Below are positions 28,343-37,281 of a stretch of 64,000 nucleotides of DNA, in pieces. The stretch's first letter is position 1. Each line of letters begins with the position of its first letter. A program made the position numbers and the translations under genes. The DNA is from Nitrososphaerota archaeon. GTDB lineage: Archaea > Thermoproteota > EX4484-205 > JAAOZP01. Under the pieces are notes generated by a model. That model saw nothing but the letters and a program-made list of their open reading frames with translations. It did no database searches and was not told where the DNA came from. The stretch is from contig JAAOZP010000017.1 of NCBI GenBank assembly GCA_011605725.1, positions 352,001-416,000 of the forward strand. Reading direction: 5' to 3'.

Positions 28343-28751
28343 GAACATCGCCTACGAGAAGGTTATGGAGTTTCTACGTCAAGTCGAAAAGCTTAAGCCG
28401 ATGCTCATCGTGCTTTTCGGCTCCTACGCTAGGGGGGACTTCACTGAGAAGAGCGACATAGATGTGTGCATAGTGGCTGAGAATCTTCCCGAGAACATTT
28501 TCGAGAGGAGGAGCCTATCCGGGCTTTACAGGGTAGACAATCTGAGGGCCGTCGGATATTTCCCGCAAGAGTTTCTAGAGGAATTAGAGAAGCCTAACTT
28601 CTTCCTGTACGATGTGCTTGAGGACGGCATAATTATTCACTACGACAAGTCTTTTCTGGAAAACGTAATGGAGAAAAGAAACACGGTTAAAAAGAAAATG
28701 GGTTTAGTAAGGGAAAGCGACGGCTGGAGGATAATGAGAAAAGAGAAATAA
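28320..28751 (+). CDS. Minimal nucleotidyltransferase (MNT)
   Basis: LFGSYARGDFTEKSDID; overlaps the HEPN gene. Confidence 0.9.
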   Translation: MLPKEKLKNIAYEKVMEFLRQVEKLKPMLIVLFGSYARGDFTEKSDIDVCIVAENLPENIFERRSLSGLYRVDNLRAVGYFPQEFLEELEKPNFFLYDVLEDGIIIHYDKSFLENVMEKRNTVKKKMGLVRESDGWRIMRKEK

Positions 28752-28795
28752 AGCAGACGCGTCTTTAAACCGTGAGAGAATGAGGAAACTATAAT

Positions 28796-28805
28796 AGCGC
28801 GTGCT
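28796..28805. repeat. Dispersed palindromic motif copy AGCGCGTGCT
   Basis: Intergenic, downstream of HEPN-MNT. Confidence 0.6.
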
Positions 28806-29018
28806 GAATTTTAGCCCATCCCGACTTGGGCACGGGATGCTGATCTAATGTTTAGCAGTATATTCTCTTAAGGCTTAGCGCAACCCTACTCCTTTTTAAG
28901 TATTATACAGCGCATATTAGAGTTTCGAGGCCAGAATACTTACGATGGCGCATGCTCACAGATACGGGAGCCCCCAGCGCGCTAGCCTAGCTTTCAATAC
29001 TGGTTTCTAAAAACATTC

Positions 29019-29431
29019 TTATTTTTCAGCACTGGAGGTAATCCAGATTCTTTTAATCCCTCTAACCTTGTCGAACTCCCTGTCTTCGAAAACTATATTA
29101 CTTATCCCGGCTTTCTCCATCGTTGCCAAGTGTATAGCGTCAGAGGTTTCAAACCGTATTTCAACAAGTATTTTTCAGCGGGCTTTGAATCCTTCTCTTC
29201 AACAGGCAAGACTTCAGCGTAGGGCAGCACTATGTTTTTCAAGAAATCTAGAGTTGTTTCATACGACACTCCATACTTTCTCGATATGTAAAGCACCTTA
29301 TCTATCACAAGCATGCCCGTAAACAGCTGTTCTTCAAGAAGTCTTTTAAACAGCCCTTCTACCAGCCTTCTTTCATCATCCACCATAGCGTTCAAGTATA
29401 TGAAGAGGCAAGCATCTAGAAAGGCTTTCAA
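29019..29431 (-). pseudogene. PIN-domain (VapC) toxin, frameshifted
   Basis: FLDA start. After YGLKP (~29145) the PIN C-terminus SDAIHLATMEKAG...EDREFDKV continues in another frame to a TAA at 29019. Confidence 0.85.
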
Positions 29432-29709
29432 CCAGCGTTCTCCTCAAACTCCATTTCTAAATAGGCCTTACTCAGGCCCCCCAGTTTCAGACCAGAAACC
29501 CCTATCCTTCTAATCTTTTCAACATGCTCCTTAAGCCTTTTCATTATTTCCTCCTGAGAGGGTTTTCCCCTTATCAGGATTCCTTCAGAAGTGAGTTCGA
29601 TCGAAACCTTCTCTCCCTCCACTATTCCATACCTGTCTCTAAACACTTTAGGGATGAGTATTTGACCCTTTTCTCCAACTTTTACCTTGAGTTCAACCAT
29701 GGTTTCCAA
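29428..29709 (-). CDS. AbrB/MazE/SpoVT-family antitoxin
   Basis: KVGEKGQILIPKVFRDRYGI; overlaps the vapC start. Confidence 0.88.
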   Translation of the reverse strand: METMVELKVKVGEKGQILIPKVFRDRYGIVEGEKVSIELTSEGILIRGKPSQEEIMKRLKEHVEKIRRIGVSGLKLGGLSKAYLEMEFEENAG

Positions 29710-30130
29710 AAGTTATACCTTAGTTGAAATCTTAAGCCTTTCCAACTTGAGTAGCAGCCAATGGGCACCTCCTCCTTCCCAAAGAAAGAGGCGAAAACCC
29801 TTGCTTCATCTAACAGCTTTCTCCTCAGCCCCCGCTACCTAAACCGACTCGAGAAGTATACTCTTAGTCTGAAGTTGTTTGTTTAACTCTAATTTTTCAA
29901 GCACCATACGATACAGGGCGGAGTCTACTCTGAGCGCGCGCGGAAAAGCTTTGAGGAGTTGCTTGATGATGCAGTCGATGACCTTAGGAACCACCTTCAG
30001 TTCGATAAGTATAAGAACGTTAAATACGGTATAGCTATAGGATTCTCATATGATCCAGAGCAGGTGCTTGCGGAGGAGCCTGGCGTGCCCCCGCTCATAA
30101 GAGTGTATGGTAGGGGGGAGCCATAGGGAA

Positions 30131-30796
30131 ATGAGCGTGGTTGAGAAGTTAAGGGTTCTGCTGGCTGAGAAGTTTGAGCGCAGGCCGTGGGAGAAGGTTG
30201 AGCTACTGCCTCCTCTCCCTCCTGAGAAGTGGGTGATAGCCGTTAGGATATCCTTCGACATCTTCATCAAGGCATACGAGAGTGGAAAGATACAGGTCGA
30301 TGCCGGCCCAAAGCCAACCAGGAGCGAAATACGGGAGTACTTGAGTAGAAAGAAGTATGGCCGCATGTATGAAAAGGCTAAGACTGAGGAGGAGAAGGAG
30401 AGGATTTTACGAAAGGAGCATGAAGAAATAGGGAGGATCCTCGAGGACTTCAAGCAGAGGAGGTTCGAGAAATATTTGAAGATGACTAGCGCATTCAGGT
30501 TTCCTGGCCTGAGGGTCGGATGGAGCCTTGCAGACTGCGCCAAGAGCCACATGTGGGGAATCGAGGTGGCTAAAAGGGTTAGCGAAAAACATGGCATTGA
30601 AGTCAGGTTCGAAATAGACTATGAATCGGGCTTCTTCACAACATTCGACTCAACAGGCATGGACGATGAACAATTAATCAACGAGACCATGAAAAGGGTA
30701 AATGCAATCGCCGAAGCTAGAGAGGTGTTCCTAAGCGAGAAGATGATGAACGAATTCTTGAAAAGTAAAGGAATAGAAGTAAGCGGCGCTAATTAG
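30131..30796 (+). CDS. Hypothetical protein
   Basis: Long charged ORF; no motif recognised. Confidence 0.7.
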   Translation: MSVVEKLRVLLAEKFERRPWEKVELLPPLPPEKWVIAVRISFDIFIKAYESGKIQVDAGPKPTRSEIREYLSRKKYGRMYEKAKTEEEKERILRKEHEEIGRILEDFKQRRFEKYLKMTSAFRFPGLRVGWSLADCAKSHMWGIEVAKRVSEKHGIEVRFEIDYESGFFTTFDSTGMDDEQLINETMKRVNAIAEAREVFLSEKMMNEFLKSKGIEVSGAN

Positions 30797-30871
30797 GATG
30801 AATTCTTGACCTACACATGTTTGAATATTGAAATAAGTACAGCCGAATAGAACAAAGAAATTATTTATTTA

Positions 30872-30887
30872 ATAAAAAAGAAAAAAA
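30872..30887 (-). terminator. Oligo-T terminator downstream of tRNA-Gln
   Basis: TTTTTTTCTTTTTT on the minus strand immediately after CCA. Confidence 0.6.
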
Positions 30888-31015
30888 TGGTAGCCCGGAG
30901 GAGGTTCGAACTCCTGTCAAGGGGTTACTTTTCCGCTTTTTCGAGCGGATCCAGAGCCCCTCATCCCTAGTCGGGATCTAAGCCTTTTCCCCGTTGACCG
31001 CTAGACGACCGGGCT
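30888..31015 (-). tRNA. tRNA-Gln(CTG) with two BHB introns (21/22 and 37/38)
   Basis: Removing 30967-30993 (27 nt) and 30926-30950 (25 nt) gives a 76-nt cloverleaf AGCCCGG...CTCTGGA...CCGGGCTACCA. Confidence 0.92.
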
Positions 31016-31087
31016 GCCTGTTTCGATGTTTCTTTGACGATATTTAAGTTTTTTTCGGCTGTTTTCCTCGCTTCTTCAACAGCTTTC

Positions 31088-31312
31088 TCACCTCATCTTG
31101 CTTATTTTCATCGAAGCAACCTTCCTCCGGGATGAGGCGGCGAGGATGGTGAGGAGGTTCTCTTCTTCCCTAACCCTCCTGATGAGTAGTAAATCGCCTT
31201 TCAAGTAGGCCAGCAACCTGTCTCCCTTCCTTAATCCTAACCGGCTTCCAACCCCTTTAGAGATGACGACCTGACCCTTAGAGCTGACTCGAGCATCCCC
31301 GACTTCCGCCAT
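31088..31312 (-). CDS. AbrB-family DNA-binding protein (possibly truncated, orphan antitoxin)
   Basis: RVSSKGQVVIS..LGLRKGD; no adjacent toxin gene. Confidence 0.65.
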   Translation of the reverse strand: MAEVGDARVSSKGQVVISKGVGSRLGLRKGDRLLAYLKGDLLLIRRVREEENLLTILAASSRRKVASMKISKMR

Positions 31313-31554
31313 AGTAATCCTATTTATAAAGTAAGATTGGTCTTACTCATAAGCCTAGTGCAGGTAGCCTCAGCTTTATTTCCGCGCTACATGGCTTCTC
31401 TTTGAAACACCGTTACAACCTAAACCGTGAGATTATTTTTAACCGTGTGGCTTAGACCTGAGTTTCCCTTTCTTAACAAGCTTTGGCTAGTGCTTTGAAG
31501 CCGGGTTTCTTCAGACAAGCCCCTTTAGAATTCGTTTCGCGTGCATTGCTTTGG

Positions 31555-33432
31555 CTACGTTACCAAGCCTGCCCTCCTCAGCTTAGCCTCCACATCTGTG
31601 AGCCCGAGTCTTCTCAGTGTTCTCGGCTTCGGAACCCCTTTCTCATCCCAGCCTACAGCCTTGAAGTATTCAAGCCTCTCTTTTTCAAACCTTCTCCTGC
31701 TGAGCCTCCTGCCTTTGAACGGCCCTGAGGGCAGTGGCTCCCAGAACCTCGGCGGGTTGTCGTCGTCAACCCCGGGCCTCCACTTGAAGTCGGGGCCGCC
31801 TAGGAGCAGCATTGCTCTTTGAAGCTGAAGTATCCGTAGCGCCTTCTCCCCGTACCATTCCCTAAGCGTCATCCTCCAGCCTGTCACAGCCTCGTAGAAC
31901 TCTAAGATCTCACTGTCCGTTGGGCCGAAGGCTGCGAACATGCAGTAGACTCCGCTGTCAGGCAGTATGGAGGAGAGCTCACCCCTGTCTCCCTTGCGCA
32001 TTGGTGATGCTGGCGAAGTATGGTCTCCCGCTTGAACAGAGCAGGCGTAGGCGATTCTGCTTGAAATATAGTCTCGCCCGCTTCTGACGCCGTGCGCCCC
32101 TATTGCCATGCCCTTCTCCTGAACAGCGTATTTAAGCAGGTTCCTCTTCTTTTTCTCCCCCAGCTTGACGGCTGCGCGGTAAACCCCTTCAGCCAGAACA
32201 TCTCCAATCCCCTGGCGGAAAGCTGTTTTCTCAGCAAGGGCTGCGAATCCCCTGGGGTCTCCCCATTTAAGCTCAACCCCGTTAAGGTCTTTCTTCGAGA
32301 GTATCTTCCTCTGGTGGAGCTCGGCTGCGAAACCCAGGACCGCGCCCCCCTGTATTCCGCAGAGGCCCAGCTCGTTGACAACGTAGGAAACATAAATGTT
32401 ATGCTCAGGATTGAATATTCCAAGGTTTGTTCCAACGTATGCTTCAAGCTCGTAATCCGGGTTGTCGCACACAGCTCCCCTGAACCTTCCTTTCCTAATC
32501 ACCGCGAGCTTGAGGCAGGTCATGGCGCAGCCGAAGTCGCCCCAGTTCTTCTTAACCCAGTACTTGTCAAACTCCTCCCGCCTATAGCTTCTCTTATTAT
32601 GCCACTCTGTCTGCCAGTTTCTAACAGGCTCGGAGCTCGTTTCAGCTCCGAACGAGTATCCTCCGCCCCCTGTTCCCCAACGTCTGAACCAAGTGTTCTC
32701 CAGACAGTCCTCGGCGAACCTGCGGGCCAGGCGGAGCATCTTCTCATCGTCGTAGACATCCGGCAGGGGTCCGAAGCCTTTTGCAACGATCGCTTTAAGG
32801 TTCTTCGAGCCCATTACGCCACCGTACCCTCCGTATCCTGCTGCGTGCGAATATTTTGACATGACCGCCGCGATCCTGCTCCTGTTCTCCCCGGCCGGCC
32901 CAATGTACAGGATGGAGGGCTCCTTCGCCTCCCCGTAGCGCGGCCTGATTCGAGAAACATCCTCCCTGGTTTTTCTCACAAGGAAGCGCAGGGTTTCCCT
33001 CGCGGCAGCACCCCAGACCTGCGAAGCATCCTTTATTTCAACATGGTTATCACATATGAAGAGGTAGCAGGGCTTCTCTGCTCTACCGGTCACCACGATG
33101 CCGTCGTAGCCGGCGCATTTTAAGTCGACTCCGAACTCGCCTGCGACCGTTGAGCCTACTAAACCATTGCTTTGCGGAGACTTTCCGGAGACACAGGTTT
33201 TCGACCCTGGGTAGTAGCCTGTCAACGGGCCTGTCAAAACGAGCAGAATGTTCTCCGGGCTGAATGGGTCAACAGTCTCCCATTCAGCGCCCAGCCTGTC
33301 CCAAGCTATCTTCGCCGCTAAGCCTCTTCCACCAACATAGTTCTTCAAATCCTCCTCCGGGACCCTGGTTTCACTTATGCTCCCGCTGGAAAGGTCGACG
33401 TCTAAAAGTCTTCCAGCGTAACCCCTCATCAT
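31555..33432 (-). CDS. Aldehyde:ferredoxin oxidoreductase family (W/Mo-pterin) large subunit
   Basis: GYAGRLLDVDLS, YVGGRGLA, KSPQ, LKCAGYDG, IGPAGEN, MGSKNLKAI, GWDEKGVP. Confidence 0.92.
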   Translation of the reverse strand: MMRGYAGRLLDVDLSSGSISETRVPEEDLKNYVGGRGLAAKIAWDRLGAEWETVDPFSPENILLVLTGPLTGYYPGSKTCVSGKSPQSNGLVGSTVAGEFGVDLKCAGYDGIVVTGRAEKPCYLFICDNHVEIKDASQVWGAAARETLRFLVRKTREDVSRIRPRYGEAKEPSILYIGPAGENRSRIAAVMSKYSHAAGYGGYGGVMGSKNLKAIVAKGFGPLPDVYDDEKMLRLARRFAEDCLENTWFRRWGTGGGGYSFGAETSSEPVRNWQTEWHNKRSYRREEFDKYWVKKNWGDFGCAMTCLKLAVIRKGRFRGAVCDNPDYELEAYVGTNLGIFNPEHNIYVSYVVNELGLCGIQGGAVLGFAAELHQRKILSKKDLNGVELKWGDPRGFAALAEKTAFRQGIGDVLAEGVYRAAVKLGEKKKRNLLKYAVQEKGMAIGAHGVRSGRDYISSRIAYACSVQAGDHTSPASPMRKGDRGELSSILPDSGVYCMFAAFGPTDSEILEFYEAVTGWRMTLREWYGEKALRILQLQRAMLLLGGPDFKWRPGVDDDNPPRFWEPLPSGPFKGRRLSRRRFEKERLEYFKAVGWDEKGVPKPRTLRRLGLTDVEAKLRRAGLVT

Positions 33433-33971
33433 CCAAGAGCCTCCTTCAAAACCTCTTTCCCCAGGATTTTCAAAGCCGTTTCGCGAGTAAGCTCCTCAGG
33501 GGTCTTCGCCAGAGGCTTGCGCGAAGCCACGCTACCCGCTGGAACCAGCTCAAGAGCATTCCACCTGCCTTTTACGCATTCTTTTACGCAAGCCGGGTCT
33601 CCGCCGCAAAGATTGCAGATAACGATAGTGTTTCTCTCCGGATGCAGGTGGGGAACTCTCCCTGGGCAGGTGTTCACGCACAGGCCGCACCCGGTGCATT
33701 TAGAGGAGTCTACTTCAACAGCACCGGTTTGACTGTTAACCGTGAGCGCCCCGGCTGGACAGGCTTCGACGCAGGGATAGTCTTCACACTGGAAGCAGAG
33801 ATGCGGTATCTCAATCCCTGGGATAAGCATGAAAACCCTTATCCTAGATGCCTCCGGCCAGATTTTTCCCTCATGTTGGAGCGAACAGGCGATTTCACAT
33901 CTTCTGCAGCCGCTGCAATGCTCGTACCGCCGACTGATCCAAACCCGGTCTACACTGTCCAATGATTCCAA
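33429..33971 (-). CDS. Poly[4Fe-4S] ferredoxin subunit
   Basis: Four CxxCxx(x)CxxxC-type cluster motifs; overlaps the AOR gene. Confidence 0.9.
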   Translation of the reverse strand: MESLDSVDRVWISRRYEHCSGCRRCEIACSLQHEGKIWPEASRIRVFMLIPGIEIPHLCFQCEDYPCVEACPAGALTVNSQTGAVEVDSSKCTGCGLCVNTCPGRVPHLHPERNTIVICNLCGGDPACVKECVKGRWNALELVPAGSVASRKPLAKTPEELTRETALKILGKEVLKEALG

Positions 33972-34026
33972 TAGTCTTTCTCATTAGAAAAATTTTCTGT
34001 TTAAAACTGCAGACCATACTTAAGGA

Positions 34027-35097
34027 TTAAACGTGCAGTATTTCCTCCCAATCCACGTTCTCCTGAACCAGTTTCCTAGCCGCGGCGATGCGCGTCCTAT
34101 CCCTGGGCCTTATTTTACCAACTATCTTCTGAACCATCTGCAGGGTTGTGTAAGTATCATGGGGCACGACTATCATCGGAATCTTAAGCTCATCCGCTCT
34201 AGGCAGCACTTTAGCGCTTGGACGCAGGTTTCCAGTCAGGATTATGCCGGAGGCTCCTGCTTCAAGCGCCGCCAGCACTATGTCTGTCCTATCGCCCCCG
34301 GTTATTATAAGCTCGTTCCTAACTCTTCTAAAATACTGTATGGCGCTTTCAGGAGTCATAGCGCCTATTAAAACGGTTTCAACAGGGTTTTCAAGCCCTC
34401 TTTTCCCGGCGATAAGCTCGCCGCCTATGGACTCGTAAACCTCTCTCACTGAGAGGGAGCTTAGCACCCTGTCTTCAGGCATGATCCCAAGGGTTTTCAA
34501 GCCTTCTTTCTCAAGCATCGGTTTCACGATCCCTCTTGCAAGCTTAAGCCTGTTCTCCTCAACACGGTTTAGAACGATGCCTGACACCTTGACACCCCAG
34601 TGTTCACAATAGTCTCTTGCGTGAAGCGCCTCGTCGACGACGAAGTCACCCTCGTATCTTAACACTAGGATTAGCTCAGCGTTGAAAAGCTGGGCAAGCC
34701 GCGGAGCCTGGCAGCCTAGGAAGGAGCCTGTTGAAAGCGTTTGAGCCCCTTCGATCAGCATCAGATCGTTTTCAGCAGAAGCCTCCTTATAAGACTCTAG
34801 AATGCTGTCTCTGAAGCGTGAAGCGTCTTCACTCCAGAAGTATTCGAGGAAGCTTCCCCCGCATATTTTGAACGGGCATAATTCTAGGCTTGTTCTCAGC
34901 CCGAGGATTTCCCTCATGGTTTCAACATCCTCGTCCACAAGCTCGCCCCTAGGGTTCGGCACACAGAACCCGCTGATAGGCTTGAAATAGCCTACTCGCA
35001 ACCCTTTCTCCAACGCGAGCTGCGCGAGCGAGATTATTAGCGTGCTCTTCCCAGCCAGCCTGCTCTGCGAAGCCACGTATACTGCTTGCCTCCTCAT
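34027..35097 (-). CDS. BioD-like + DRTGG protein (phosphotransacetylase N-terminal family)
   Basis: AGKST, GYFKP, IEG, ITGGDRTDI. Confidence 0.85.
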   Translation of the reverse strand: MRRQAVYVASQSRLAGKSTLIISLAQLALEKGLRVGYFKPISGFCVPNPRGELVDEDVETMREILGLRTSLELCPFKICGGSFLEYFWSEDASRFRDSILESYKEASAENDLMLIEGAQTLSTGSFLGCQAPRLAQLFNAELILVLRYEGDFVVDEALHARDYCEHWGVKVSGIVLNRVEENRLKLARGIVKPMLEKEGLKTLGIMPEDRVLSSLSVREVYESIGGELIAGKRGLENPVETVLIGAMTPESAIQYFRRVRNELIITGGDRTDIVLAALEAGASGIILTGNLRPSAKVLPRADELKIPMIVVPHDTYTTLQMVQKIVGKIRPRDRTRIAAARKLVQENVDWEEILHV

Positions 35098-37214
35098 GTC
35101 TCAGCCTCACCCTTAGGCTTGGAAAGCGTTCCTCTTATATCTACTGCCATACACCCTTTTCCCTCCTCGTAGGCGAACAAGGGGTTTATTTCCATTTCCA
35201 CAAGCTTATTGAAGCGGCACATAAGCTGGGAAAGCCTCACGACCACGTTTAAAACCGACTCCAGGTCCGCCGGAGGCTCGCCCCTGACGCCCTTAAGCAG
35301 GGTGTAAGCCCTGGTCTCGGAAACCATCTCCATAGCCTCGGTGAAAGTAAGCGGCGCCAGCCTGTATGAAACATCCCTGAGGAAGTTTACGTATATTCCT
35401 CCTAGGCCGAACATCACCAGCGGGCCGAACTGCTGGTCTCTGACAGAGCCCACAATAACCTCCCTGCCGGGTGGCGCCATTTTCTGGATTAACGCGCCCA
35501 GGATTCTCGCCTGCGGCATTGCTGCCCTAGCCCTTCTCACCACCAGCTCGTAAGCCCTGCCAGCCTCCTCAGGCGTTTTAACGTTAAGGATTACGCAGCC
35601 CATGTCAGTCTTGTGCAGAATATCCGGGGAGACGATTTTCACAGCAACCGGGCATCCTATGGATTCAGCTGTTTCACGGGCCTCCTCAGCGTCCCTAGCT
35701 ATCCTGGCTTCTGGAACAGGAATCCTGTATGCGGAAGCTATTTCGAAAGCCTCCTCCGAGGAAAGGTTGATCCTGCCCTCAGCCTCAACCCTTGCTATCA
35801 CCCTTGCCACAGCATCGTCATCAACGTCAACAAGGTTTACAGCATGCTCCTCAGGCTTGCTGAGCATCAGGCTGTAGTCGTACATTCCTTTAAGCGCGAA
35901 GGCCGCTGGCTCCGGGAAATCGTAGTTCGGAATCTTCCCCTCCCTCAGGATCCTTATCGGCGGAGACTCGTTTCCAAACCCCATGAAGACTGCTGCAACA
36001 GGCTTCTCAAACCTTCTTCCCGCCTCTACAACGACGCGCGCAACCTCCTCTGAGGGAGTCATCGCCTGCGGCGTCAGTATGACGATCACGCTGTGCACGT
36101 AACTGCTGCTTAAAGCAGTTTCAAGCGCAATCCTGTAACGCTTTTCGTCAGCGTCTCCAAGCACGTCCAGAGGATTGTTGACGCTAGCATGAGGTGGAAG
36201 CAGGCTGCTAAGCTTCTCCCTTAGATCCTGCTCCAGCAGGGGCAGGTCTAAGCCCATTTTCTCGCAGGCGTCGACAGCAAGTATTCCTGGACCCCCGCCG
36301 TTAGTAACCACCATGACGCCGCTCCCCCTAGGCAGAGGCTGGCCTTCGAAGGCTGAAAGAAGGTCGAAAAACTCTTTCATCGTGCTCACCCTCAGGACAC
36401 CAGCCTTCCTGAAGGCTGCTGAGAAAGCAGTGTCAGACCCTGCCAGCGAACCCGTGTGGGAGGAGACTGCCCTGACGCCAACCTGGGTGGTGCCGGCTTT
36501 CAAAGCAACAATCGGCTTTCTTCTTGAAAGCCTCCGGGCAACGTCTATGAAACGCTCCCCGTTCTTCACGCCTTCAACATAGATTCCAACAACCCTAGTG
36601 GTCTCATCGTCAATAAGAGCTTCGAGAAAGTCTGTAGTAGTGAGGTCAGCCTCGTTGCCGACGCTTATGAAGTTCGCAAGACCCATTCCGCTGATCCTCG
36701 ACCAGTTCAGTATCGCGCTTCCAAGAGCCCCGCTTTGAGAAACGATCGACACGTTTCCAGGCGTCGGCATGGTTGAAGCGAAGGAAGCATTCATACTGCT
36801 TCTAGAGTTTATGAAGCCGAGGCAATTCGGCCCCTGCATTCTCATGCCGTATTCCCTGCATTTAGCGACAAGCTCTTTCTCTAGAAGCGTTCCTTCTCTC
36901 CCTGTTTCACTGAAGCCTGCAGATATAACGATGAGACCCTTCACGCCTTTCCTCCCACACTCCTCGGCGACGCTTAGAACAATCCTGGCTGGGACAGCGA
37001 TAATAGCCAGGTCAACATCGTCCTCAACATCCTTAACGCTCCGGTAGCACTTGTAGCCAAGTATTTCCTGAGCATTAGGGTTCACCGGGTAAAGCCTCCC
37101 TTTGAATCCTGACTCCACCATGTTACGGAATATTCTGTGACCTACTTTCCCCTCCTCCCTGCTGGCGCCTATTACTGCCACCGTTTTCGGGTTAAAGAAA
37201 GCCTCCAGCCTCAT
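35094..37214 (-). CDS. Acetate--CoA ligase (ADP-forming), fused alpha/beta
   Basis: FNPKTVAVIGAS, GPNCLG, SQSGA, SHTGSLAG, NPLD, ATP-grasp HKTD, FGP..MFGLGG, INPL. Confidence 0.92.
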   Translation of the reverse strand: MRLEAFFNPKTVAVIGASREEGKVGHRIFRNMVESGFKGRLYPVNPNAQEILGYKCYRSVKDVEDDVDLAIIAVPARIVLSVAEECGRKGVKGLIVISAGFSETGREGTLLEKELVAKCREYGMRMQGPNCLGFINSRSSMNASFASTMPTPGNVSIVSQSGALGSAILNWSRISGMGLANFISVGNEADLTTTDFLEALIDDETTRVVGIYVEGVKNGERFIDVARRLSRRKPIVALKAGTTQVGVRAVSSHTGSLAGSDTAFSAAFRKAGVLRVSTMKEFFDLLSAFEGQPLPRGSGVMVVTNGGGPGILAVDACEKMGLDLPLLEQDLREKLSSLLPPHASVNNPLDVLGDADEKRYRIALETALSSSYVHSVIVILTPQAMTPSEEVARVVVEAGRRFEKPVAAVFMGFGNESPPIRILREGKIPNYDFPEPAAFALKGMYDYSLMLSKPEEHAVNLVDVDDDAVARVIARVEAEGRINLSSEEAFEIASAYRIPVPEARIARDAEEARETAESIGCPVAVKIVSPDILHKTDMGCVILNVKTPEEAGRAYELVVRRARAAMPQARILGALIQKMAPPGREVIVGSVRDQQFGPLVMFGLGGIYVNFLRDVSYRLAPLTFTEAMEMVSETRAYTLLKGVRGEPPADLESVLNVVVRLSQLMCRFNKLVEMEINPLFAYEEGKGCMAVDIRGTLSKPKGEAET

Positions 37215-37281
37215 TGCGTATCATCGATGCGGACTGTCCCTAGCCGCCTGAAAGTATGTTTATAAACTTGCAGTCTTAAGA

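Noticed and set aside
29140-29150. Programmed frameshift in vapC
   Set aside because: No heptamer slippery site, and additional substitutions suggest simple decay.
32092-33965. Long antisense ORFs (255 aa, 233 aa)
   Set aside because: Shadow ORFs of the well-supported AOR and ferredoxin genes.
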